Below, in pieces: positions 8,501-16,135 of a stretch of DNA of 45,901 nucleotides (position 1 is the stretch's first letter; each line of letters begins with the position of its first letter). Below the pieces are notes generated by a model. That model was not told the origin of the DNA. It searched no databases and saw nothing but the letters and a program-made list of their open reading frames with translations. Position numbers and translations under genes: made by a program. This DNA comes from a virus. Lineage: Duplodnaviria; Caudoviricetes. Where the stretch lies: positions 1-45,901 of IMG/VR virus record IMGVR_UViG_3300033420_000010; one strand, 5' to 3'.

Positions 8501-10537
8501 AACAGTAGGAGCAACAGCAATACCTGAGGCTTCTTTAACAAGAGTAGCATCTTTAAGTTGAACTGAAAGTTCAGCTGCATCAGTTGTGTTAGCTGTGACA
8601 CCATCGAGTGTAAAGAACAGACCAGCAGCGGAGTTAAGGTTAACAGCGATAGGTGCATTAGCACTTGAGCCATCAATCTCTAAACCCTTACCAAGCTTAG
8701 CACTTAAGATGCTGCCATCTAGAGAAACACCAGAACCAGGTACTAGGTTAACAGAAGTGTTGGTTGGAACCCAAACAAGTTCATCGGTATAGGTAAATGA
8801 AATACCAAAATTATGAGAATCTTGATCAAATACTAAAGTAGTTGATCCAGGAGTTAAAACTGAGTTAGTATAAGTAATAGCACCAGGTGTAGCTGATACA
8901 ATAGTTACGATCTTATCATTGTGAGCAGTTAAAGTAGCACCGACAACGGTATCAGTGTAAATACCAACACCAAAGCGATCTCCAGCAGCTACAGCACGTG
9001 ACTGTAAGAATACCCAAGAAGTTCCATCAAAGAACGTAGCATAACCAGCTTTACCAGCCCAAGCACCAGTAGGAGCTGCACCAACAATATACACGTCGTA
9101 ATTGACAGGAGAAGCTGGTGGTGTAGATAGTGAATCATCAACTAGATTAACATCTGTAACTGGATCTTTCCAGTCTAGACCATTAGCAATAGAATCAACA
9201 TAAGCTTTGTTGACAACTTCAGTTGAGCTAGCAGGAACTTTATCAACAAAAATTGTTTTACCAGCTGACAGTGATACGTCACCAGTGATAGTGCCACCTA
9301 CTTTATCAAACTTGGTATCAATTTGAGTTTGTACTGATGATGTAACACCAGCTAGACGATTAACTTCAGCAGAAGTAACAGTCACTGCATCAAGGAAAGT
9401 ATTTTGACCAGCAGTTAAGTGTAGTGCTTCGTCTGAGGTATGAGCTAATAGGTTAGTATCAACGTAACCTTTAGTTGCGGCACCAAGTGTAGCAACTGGA
9501 TCAGCGTTAAGAACTAGAGCACCAGTCATGGTGTCGCCAGCTTTAGCTACCTTAAATGCATCTTGTGCTTCAACAAACTGTTTAGTGGCAGCACCAAGAG
9601 CGGCAACTGGATCAGCGTTAAGAACCAAAGCACCAGTCATGGTGTCACCAGCCTTATTAACCTTCAGTGCTAGACCAGTTGTAGATGCAGTATTAGCCGC
9701 AGTAACACTTGATTCAACAAACTGTTTAGTAGCTGCGCCAAGAGCAACAACTGGATCAGCGTTAAGAACCAGAGCACCAGTCATGGTGTCACCGGCTTTA
9801 TCAACCTTCAGTGCCAGACCAGTTGTAGATGCAGAGTTAGCTGCAGTCACACTTGATTCAACAAACTGCTTGGTAGCTGCGCCAAGAGCAACGACTGGAT
9901 CAGCGTTAAGAACCAAAGCACCCGTCATGGTGTCACCAGACTTAGCTACTTTGCTATTAATTTGTGTCTGAATAGCAGAACTAACACCGACAAGATAATT
10001 AACTTCTGTTGATGTAGCATTAACCGCATCAAGGAAAGTATTTTGTTCTGATGTCATATGTAGTTCAACATTGCTTGTGTGAGCAAGCAAATTAGAATCA
10101 ACATACTGTTTGGTAGCTGCGCCAAGAGCTACAGCTGGATCAGCATGAAGCACCAAAGCACCAGTCATGGTGTCGCCAGACTTAGATACTTTCAGAGCAT
10201 CTCGTGTATCGACATAAGACTTAGTAGCAGCTTCTAAAGCGTTAATTGGATCAGCATTCAGGGTTAAGAACCCAGTCATCAAACCACCAGCTAAACTAAG
10301 TTTAGTACCGAATTGTGCTTGAATGTTTGATGTAATACCACTGAGAGAATTAACTTCTGTAGATGTAACTGTAAGAGCGTCTAAAAACGTATCTTGAGCA
10401 GGTGTTAAGTGTAAGCTAGAGTTACCAGCGTGTAGTCCATTGTGATAATCAACATAGTTCTTAGTCGCTGCTTCCATTGAGTTAACTGGATCGCGCGACA
10501 GTGTGACTGGCATATTGCCGTAAATGTTAAGCTTCAT
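5570..10537 (-). CDS. Long tail fibre protein (1655 aa) with many internal repeats
   Basis: More than a dozen KV.K.GDTMTG.L.L.ADP...L.AATKQ repeats; five H......LH.T..Q..FLD units; GDRVLLKDQT...ENG.Y domain; TGV.AG.YT...VD..GR.T fibre motifs. Confidence 0.85.
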   Translation of the reverse strand: MKLNIYGNMPVTLSRDPVNSMEAATKNYVDYHNGLHAGNSSLHLTPAQDTFLDALTVTSTEVNSLSGITSNIQAQFGTKLSLAGGLMTGFLTLNADPINALEAATKSYVDTRDALKVSKSGDTMTGALVLHADPAVALGAATKQYVDSNLLAHTSNVELHMTSEQNTFLDAVNATSTEVNYLVGVSSAIQTQINSKVAKSGDTMTGALVLNADPVVALGAATKQFVESSVTAANSASTTGLALKVDKAGDTMTGALVLNADPVVALGAATKQFVESSVTAANTASTTGLALKVNKAGDTMTGALVLNADPVAALGAATKQFVEAQDAFKVAKAGDTMTGALVLNADPVATLGAATKGYVDTNLLAHTSDEALHLTAGQNTFLDAVTVTSAEVNRLAGVTSSVQTQIDTKFDKVGGTITGDVSLSAGKTIFVDKVPASSTEVVNKAYVDSIANGLDWKDPVTDVNLVDDSLSTPPASPVNYDVYIVGAAPTGAWAGKAGYATFFDGTSWVFLQSRAVAAGDRFGVGIYTDTVVGATLTAHNDKIVTIVSATPGAITYTNSVLTPGSTTLVFDQDSHNFGISFTYTDELVWVPTNTSVNLVPGSGVSLDGSILSAKLGKGLEIDGSSANAPIAVNLNSAAGLFFTLDGVTANTTDAAELSVQLKDATLVKEASGIAVAPTVIADIADRVSKTIDSTVSASVTFAASAKLKVTDTPVVGTDVANKSYVDAADVVLQGQVTTLQNTVSVLNADPATKTYIDAQDALKVAKAGDTMTGALVLNADPVVALGAATKQFVDTSISTLATTVSAQDALKVAKAGDTMTGALILNADPTVALGAATKQFVESSVTAANSASTTGLALKVDKAGDTMTGFLTLSADPTSIMHAVTKQYSDTNLSTHAADASLHVTPAQNTFLDGITISSIEANYLAGTTAAVQTQLNSKVALAGGTMTGTLVLSGDPVANLDAATKYYVDSNDAAKVAKTGDTMTGALILNADPTALLGAVTKQYSDTNLFNHVSDAAVHMTVAQNTFLDAVTVTSTEVNQLAGVTSEVQVQLDSKLNLSGGTLTGVVTLSADPIAAMQPATKQFTEAQDALKVSKAGDTMTGALILNADPVVALGAATKQFVESSVTAANSASTTGLALKVDKAGDIMTGFLTLNAAPTATLHAATKGYVDDGIVSLTTYLDGKDTVLQGQITTLQGTVGILNTDPTTKNYVDVQDSLKVSKAGDTMTGYLVLHADPLQAMHPTTKQYVDAVAQGLVTKPQVRLASTVNYTGTYFNGVSGVNSTLTGTNNGSLSVDGMLANVGDRVLLKDQTNKAENGDYVVQQVGNAGTPFILKRVSTIDESSEVPGSYFYVYDGSTLKGTGWVMGVDVPMTFAIGTDPIYINQFSGQGNIIAGDGMTLTGNTLAVTTVSSTRIVVNSDAIDLATTGVVAGTYTKLAVDSYGRATAGSNPTTLAGYGIADGQLLNANLTSLSGVSTFGIVVRDNANNMSTKEIVTSGVGITVANGNGAATGNITVTSNATSANTASAIVARDTSGNFSANVITAALAGNADTATTLATGRNFSVSGDMTAPAVNFNGGAGVDLVATLNDTGVVAGAYTRVTVDPKGRVTLGTNPNTVADMGLIDAATITFVNEQIDALRKEVADLYLYVMSRI

Positions 10538-10617
10538 TAGAAACTCCTTTGTAGTGAAAAAAAGAAAAAGAAAACAACCCGAACTGTCATTGTATTTAAA
10601 AAACTAATATACTGTTT

Positions 10618-11634
10618 TCACCATCTACGCAAATGGTTAATATATGTCATAACTTCATTGATCCTTTCGTCAACATAAGTTGTGGTAGCAGGATTTATAC
10701 TTAAGTTATTAACAGAAGTTTGTAGTGAGTTTACTTGTAACTGTATTGTATTAGCTGCGGAATCTACATACTGTTTAGGTGCAGCCTGCATATCTTGAGT
10801 AGGAATACCATTAAGAATTAAAGGACCACCAACCGTATCACCCGCTTTATTAAGTTTTAATGCTAATGAATCAATAACATATTGCAGTGTAGCGTACATC
10901 GAGAGACTACTTGCTAGTTGTGCTGGAGATAGTGCAACAGAGTCTACGTAACCTTTAGTGGCAGCTTGATTAATATTAATAGGAGAACCACTAAGAGTTA
11001 ATGGTCCAGTCATTGTATCACCACTTCTTGATACATAATTAGCAAAATTTAAACCTTGAATAGTAGCTAAAAAGTTTTGAAGTTCAGCTTGTGTCAATGA
11101 AGAATTTTGAAGAATTGCGTCTCTAATTTGTCCTAACTTAAAAACAACTTCTTCTTGACCGTAGAATTGATCATAATCATTGTAGTGAGGCGTAGGTGGA
11201 AAAGCTGTAGGTAGATTTGTCAGAATATCAAAAATGACTGTTCTAGGGTTATATGCTTTGTCTGCAAGCATCGTTAGTACTTGTAGTCTATCAGCAACTT
11301 GGTCACCACCAAGCGTTTGGTAAGTTATTATTAGTATGCCATTGAGATTAAGATTATGTAGCGTTAATCCACCATAAACAGCTTTACCTGTTACACGTGT
11401 TCCTGTTACATATGGAAGAGCAAAAGAGAAATCTACATCCTCTGTTAATGGTGTCGTAATGTTATTGATTACAACAGACATTTGAAAGTTATCAACGAAG
11501 AACGGGGTAAAGTTTGGTACGATAAAGTAATAGTCTCGATAATGTGATTCTGCTACTGTATGTATTTCATTACTGATAAGATTAGTTGATGCGTTGCCTG
11601 ATGTATCAAGTGGATAAGTGATAGGAGTTGGCAT
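10618..11634 (-). CDS. Virion structural protein with C-terminal fibre-type repeats
   Basis: YPLD.SG....NLI..E.H, PFF, YQTLGG, P.AFPP..H motifs plus two GDT..GPL.L.G.P.....AA.K.YVD repeats; ATG at 11634 follows AAGGA (ORF track starts at 11664). Confidence 0.65.
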   Translation of the reverse strand: MPTPITYPLDTSGNASTNLISNEIHTVAESHYRDYYFIVPNFTPFFVDNFQMSVVINNITTPLTEDVDFSFALPYVTGTRVTGKAVYGGLTLHNLNLNGILIITYQTLGGDQVADRLQVLTMLADKAYNPRTVIFDILTNLPTAFPPTPHYNDYDQFYGQEEVVFKLGQIRDAILQNSSLTQAELQNFLATIQGLNFANYVSRSGDTMTGPLTLSGSPININQAATKGYVDSVALSPAQLASSLSMYATLQYVIDSLALKLNKAGDTVGGPLILNGIPTQDMQAAPKQYVDSAANTIQLQVNSLQTSVNNLSINPATTTYVDERINEVMTYINHLRRW

Positions 11635-11671
11635 AGTATATATTCCTTTGTTGCGATTATTCAAAAAATGA

Positions 11672-11711
11672 CAAACAAGCTGCCTTAGGTTATTCCTAGG
11701 CAGCTTGTTTG
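11672..11711 (-). terminator. Hairpin terminator
   Basis: caaacaagctgcct/aggcagcttgtttg, T-rich tail on the minus strand. Confidence 0.7.
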
Positions 11712-11721
11712 GTTTAGAAGT

Positions 11722-12561
11722 TTAAGCTTCTGTTTTTTCTTCTTCTTTTAGAACAATAGGTCCTTCAATTACAAATTTTGCAATTACTTTAACGTTGTCT
11801 TCTCCTGTGCCTTCATTTTCTTCAGTAGAAACTTTCCCTTCAAGTTCTTCTGACATTAAATCAGGTTCACTTGGCTCGTCTTCTTCAACAGGAACAGTTC
11901 CAGCTAGTTCAGACTCTTTCATAGCTTTAAGTTTAGCATGTGGTAGTACCTTACCTAAAACACCAGAAAGATATTTCAAAGAAGTATCTGTTCCTTTATC
12001 ACAGAAAGAATCAAAGTTAGGTTCTTCACCCTTCTTGATAGCATTTGTAATAACAGTCATAATGTCAATCATTAGACCAGCGTAGTTTGTGCAAAGACGT
12101 AGTTCACTAGAGCTCAAGATATGATAAGACAAAAACTTAAAGTCATCTGGGAATTTCTTAATTTCATTAATGACATTAGGATAACTCTTAATTTTTAGCC
12201 ATGTAGCGTAAGCAATAATAGCTTTAAAGTTAGTGACATACTTACCAAAGGTGCCATTAGCTTCAGCATACATCTTAAGACGACGACCTGTTAATCCACG
12301 GAAGTTATCATCCAGATCAGAGCTACGAACCCAATGCCACAAACTCATCACTGAACTAAATTTACCAATGTAAGGATAATGGATGGTACGAAGATAAGCT
12401 GGGTCAAATAGCATACCCAAATGAGTTTTACTCTGAATACTGATGTTCAAATGATCATCGCCTTCATCACCAAAGTTATTTGGGTGATTGTAGTATTCAT
12501 TGGGTTTAATTTGCTTTTTGAGATCTTTAAAGCTAGTTTTTTTGCGAGTGTTATCAGACAT
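11722..12561 (-). CDS. Conserved jumbo-phage hypothetical protein with acidic tail
   Basis: 279-aa ORF; G.DH.NI....KT.LG and G.F.SV...W.W motifs resemble jumbo-phage proteins. Confidence 0.6.
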   Translation of the reverse strand: MSDNTRKKTSFKDLKKQIKPNEYYNHPNNFGDEGDDHLNISIQSKTHLGMLFDPAYLRTIHYPYIGKFSSVMSLWHWVRSSDLDDNFRGLTGRRLKMYAEANGTFGKYVTNFKAIIAYATWLKIKSYPNVINEIKKFPDDFKFLSYHILSSSELRLCTNYAGLMIDIMTVITNAIKKGEEPNFDSFCDKGTDTSLKYLSGVLGKVLPHAKLKAMKESELAGTVPVEEDEPSEPDLMSEELEGKVSTEENEGTGEDNVKVIAKFVIEGPIVLKEEEKTEA

Positions 12562-12570
12562 GATGAACCT

Positions 12571-13083
12571 TTAGTTTTGTGTGAAAAAAATGAGTGAAAC
12601 AAGAGAAAAGAGATATATGGATAATAGTAGTTTATTGTTATCAAGAAATTCTAAAGCTTCCTCCTTAGATTTGAAAGTAAGATCATCTAAACTAGTTCTG
12701 CTTAACACATGACTAGAGTTATTAACGGTTCTGTTTTCTACAATTAAGTTTTTGATGTTAGAGAGAAAAGACTCTGGATCACCATATATAGTCATACTGT
12801 AAAATTTAACTATATCAAGATAATCTAAACATTCATAAACTAAGTTATTTCTAAAGTCAAACTCGTTATCAATGAGCTTTAATGTTTGAGGTAAGAATAA
12901 AACAGATGGCTTAATATCTTTACCTTTAACAAAAGCAGAGAGTTCTGGGAAGTTCTCTGTCTGTTGTTGTAGCAATAGTAAAATACTGTTGTCACTCAAT
13001 AACTGTGTTGATTGAATTGTTTCACTAGCATATCCCTGTATTGGTTTGTTGCTAAATCTTGAGTTTTCTGGTTGACTATACAT
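12571..13083 (-). CDS. Hypothetical protein
   Basis: 170-aa ORF tightly packed in the uvsX operon. Confidence 0.65.
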   Translation of the reverse strand: MYSQPENSRFSNKPIQGYASETIQSTQLLSDNSILLLLQQQTENFPELSAFVKGKDIKPSVLFLPQTLKLIDNEFDFRNNLVYECLDYLDIVKFYSMTIYGDPESFLSNIKNLIVENRTVNNSSHVLSRTSLDDLTFKSKEEALEFLDNNKLLLSIYLFSLVSLIFFTQN

Positions 13084-13085
13084 GG

Positions 13086-14528
13086 TTATTTAGCTTTCTT
13101 TGGTTTGTCTTCGGACTTAATCCAATAGGGGGTGTAGGCGTCATAATAACATTCTAAAAGATCTAGTGTACTTAAAAAAGGAACTTTGTGTTCATAGTTA
13201 TTAAAAGTCCAATAGTCTCTTGTTTGAAGAAGTTTATTCCAGCCGTATTGTTTATCTAGTTTTTCATAGAGAAGTTTTAAGTCAGGTACCTCTAACGGGA
13301 ATGCCTTATAAACCTCTTTAATCTGCGCCAGATCAGCTGTAATCTTAATAGCACGTCGCAGTAGTGGATCACTGTCAATTAAGCTTCTAACGGTCGTTCT
13401 ACTGAGTTTAACATCAGGATAAAGAATCATGTTATAACTCAGGTTACTACCTTCAATACCGTAACGGTTATTCTCTTTTAAATAGTGGAATTCTGTTAAA
13501 GTAGGAAGAACTCCTTGAGACTGAGAAATAATAATTTCCAATGTATTACCACTTGGTCCTGATTTATTACGAAGTTGTTTAATCGTAACTATATTTAAGT
13601 CTTGACCATCTTCTTCAATTGCACCACGATTTCTTGGATACTCTGGTCCTTTAGTAGCTTGGTTGTTAAGAGAGTGACTACTCACAGTCTGCCAAACATT
13701 ATTAGGAAGAAAGAAGAACTTATCTGTGACTCCTTTGATCTTCTCACCAACTCTCATATATTGTAAGTTTTTAGTAGGTGTGCTGTATGGTCCTTGACCA
13801 ATAGCTAAGTCTTGCCCTACATGAGCTGTGAGTAACATGTAGTGTGCAGCATTATTACACATTCCGGGAAGCTCCATCAGTAGTCTAGTTTTAGCAAGAC
13901 CAAGCCTCATATGAATAGTGTTACCACCACTCTCACCTAACTGATTCTTATTTTGAATATCCTCAATATCAGAAGTCTCAAATTCAGAAATACTATCGAT
14001 CTCACCAAAGGTAGGAAAAAGTGTCTTAATGACTTTACCTTCTTTATCCAAAAAAGGAGTATCAAAAGTATAGTCTTTGCGATTCTTTAGTTTTTCATTT
14101 TTAATGAATTCCTTTAGAATCTTATACCATTCATTTCCAATATGGTGTGTCTTATCAGTTACAGACCAGGCTCCTATTTGAAATAAGTCTTTATCTTTAA
14201 ACGCTTCAAACTGGTGAGCAAAATCAAGAAGACGCTCTAACTGAATATTCATTTCAGTATCATACGTATTCATATATGGCATGATACCAGAACTTGCTAC
14301 TTTACTTGCAGCTGAGAGCATCATGTAGTGTGAGATAGTACTCTTAAAAGTATTACCCTTACCAGCAATAGCTGTAAGTAATCCTAAGCCACCATTCATT
14401 ATGTTTTCGCCGTATCTTCCTTTAACATATTTCCCAGTAGGAATGTCAAACAAACAACCAACGTTGTAATAAAATTTGTATGGATCAACTTCTGTAAAAG
14501 CTGGTTTATTCTTAAAAAGCATTTGCAT
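13086..14528 (-). CDS. uvsX: UvsX/RecA-like recombinase
   Basis: Walker A GKGNTFKST, YDTE, Walker B EIDSIS, LRNKSG; 480 aa as in phiKZ-like UvsX. Confidence 0.8.
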   Translation of the reverse strand: MQMLFKNKPAFTEVDPYKFYYNVGCLFDIPTGKYVKGRYGENIMNGGLGLLTAIAGKGNTFKSTISHYMMLSAASKVASSGIMPYMNTYDTEMNIQLERLLDFAHQFEAFKDKDLFQIGAWSVTDKTHHIGNEWYKILKEFIKNEKLKNRKDYTFDTPFLDKEGKVIKTLFPTFGEIDSISEFETSDIEDIQNKNQLGESGGNTIHMRLGLAKTRLLMELPGMCNNAAHYMLLTAHVGQDLAIGQGPYSTPTKNLQYMRVGEKIKGVTDKFFFLPNNVWQTVSSHSLNNQATKGPEYPRNRGAIEEDGQDLNIVTIKQLRNKSGPSGNTLEIIISQSQGVLPTLTEFHYLKENNRYGIEGSNLSYNMILYPDVKLSRTTVRSLIDSDPLLRRAIKITADLAQIKEVYKAFPLEVPDLKLLYEKLDKQYGWNKLLQTRDYWTFNNYEHKVPFLSTLDLLECYYDAYTPYWIKSEDKPKKAK

Positions 14529-14584
14529 ATTTTTCCTTTAGTGGATACTGATTTCACAGTATCCAGATTGTATTTAAAAATAGA

Positions 14585-15295
14585 TTAGCACGCACAACTG
14601 CAGCATTTAGCTACAGTAAGATTACCAGTAATGTGTACATCTCCGTCAAGAATAATATTCGGTGCTACAACTTTTACAAGTGTGTTAGCTGTAATAGTCC
14701 AAGTGTCATTAAAGCTAGTCAATATGATACTATTATTTCTCTTATCTTTAATGGTTAGTCTTCCAACTTTAGTTTCAATGATTACATCATATTCAGTAAA
14801 TTCTCCATCATTATCACTTGTATGAAGTTTAACTGTTTTATTCCTTGTATCTACTTCAGTCCAATAACTAGTTGTTTTATCAAAAGCAACTAGACCCTTT
14901 GGAATATCACAATAAGCATAAAGAACAGTTTCTAACCTACGGATTTCTGGCTCTCTAAAAATAGTAGTCCAATAATATTCGTCAACATCTCCGTATTTGA
15001 ATAGAATAATAGTCTCATTTTTAACAACATCAGGAGCAGTCATTCTGTTGCTATGAGCAAAAGGAATCCATTTAGCTCTTAAATAATCACTAGCCTTGAT
15101 TTCGGTTTTAAAATTCTTACCATCTGGCTGTGGTAGAGTTCCTTCAAATGTTCTTTTATTATCTTTAATAAGCTTACTGTTTTGGATGTTAATAACTTCT
15201 AGAGGTGATACAACAACCCAATCAGTTCCTGGTGGTTTTGTCTCCACTACAATACCTAAAGAATACAATCTAAGTTCTGTTTTTTCACTGATCAT
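14585..15295 (-). CDS. Tail tip / baseplate central spike-like protein
   Basis: OB-fold-like N-terminus (A.W.P...NR.TAPDV..NE.I.L......YYW), beta-helix-like C-terminus (I.LDGDVHITGNLTV). Confidence 0.7.
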   Translation of the reverse strand: MISEKTELRLYSLGIVVETKPPGTDWVVVSPLEVINIQNSKLIKDNKRTFEGTLPQPDGKNFKTEIKASDYLRAKWIPFAHSNRMTAPDVVKNETIILFKYGDVDEYYWTTIFREPEIRRLETVLYAYCDIPKGLVAFDKTTSYWTEVDTRNKTVKLHTSDNDGEFTEYDVIIETKVGRLTIKDKRNNSIILTSFNDTWTITANTLVKVVAPNIILDGDVHITGNLTVAKCCSCAC

Positions 15296-15686
15296 GACTA
15301 TTCTCCAATTTAACTAAATATTCAAACGCCGTATACAACTCATTTAGATCCGATATTAAAAAGTTACTAACGGTATTTGTTTTAAGGTAATCTATTACTC
15401 TACTTATATTGTTAGTAATATCAAGGTTACTGTCTTTAAAATAACTATGTATATTAACAGCAATAAGATCAGCTTTAAAGTTTTTATTGGTTAGATTGTT
15501 AAGAAGAGATGTAATACTATCTGTATAAGTGTTAAGTACATATAGTTTATTAACTGGATTGATGAATAGCTTTTCTATATCCTTATAGTATAGAAGCATG
15601 TATAGTTTATCAATAATAAGACTATTGAGTATCTGAGTCTCTGTTGTTGGTTTTAACTTTATTAAGTTTTTTAGAAAGTGTAACAT
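15285..15686 (-). CDS. Hypothetical protein
   Basis: 133-aa ORF overlapping the spike gene start. Confidence 0.6.
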   Translation of the reverse strand: MLHFLKNLIKLKPTTETQILNSLIIDKLYMLLYYKDIEKLFINPVNKLYVLNTYTDSITSLLNNLTNKNFKADLIAVNIHSYFKDSNLDITNNISRVIDYLKTNTVSNFLISDLNELYTAFEYLVKLENSHDQ

Positions 15687-15754
15687 ATGTTGAGAGACGT
15701 ATATAGTTTTGTTCTAAAGAATGAACTGTTTTATTAATTTTGTTTTAAGGGTGG

Positions 15755-16078
15755 ATGATCATGCATATTGTTGAATTAAACTTATGTGATTTGTTATTGG
15801 ATGAGATGAAGAAATTAGAGTTTAGTCCTATTTGTATTGAATATATTAAACATAGTCAAATTTTTATAGATGCTTATAGTAAAGAGACGGTTATGCAAAG
15901 AAGTTTGTTGTCAGTTTTGCTGTATAAAACTATGATGTATAGCAATGTGACTGTTCCTAAAGAGATTAGGTTAGCATTGAATATGTCTAATGATAACATT
16001 GGGTGGCTAGATGATATTAAGTTAGTGATTTTGCCATACTTAAGAGCAAATGAAGAGGTGTTTTTTCCAATTGTTTAA
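15755..16078 (+). CDS. Hypothetical protein
   Basis: 107-aa ORF filling the gap, followed by a hairpin. Confidence 0.55.
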   Translation: MIMHIVELNLCDLLLDEMKKLEFSPICIEYIKHSQIFIDAYSKETVMQRSLLSVLLYKTMMYSNVTVPKEIRLALNMSNDNIGWLDDIKLVILPYLRANEEVFFPIV

Positions 16079-16094
16079 TATATGTATATACTTA

Positions 16095-16128
16095 AACTAC
16101 CTACAGAGTTTAAGCTCTGTAGGTAGTT
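16095..16128. terminator. Bidirectional hairpin terminator
   Basis: aactacctacagag/ctctgtaggtagtt between convergent genes. Confidence 0.75.
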
Positions 16129-16135
16129 AGTTTAA

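Noticed and set aside
5805-9971. Repetitive plus-strand ORFs (MVSPAL...)
   Set aside because: Antisense shadows of the repetitive fibre gene; no RBS and no independent features
5570-10537. Possible CRISPR array or DGR template/variable repeats
   Set aside because: The repeats are in-frame coding units without unique spacers; differences look mostly synonymous rather than adenine-specific; no reverse transcriptase in the window
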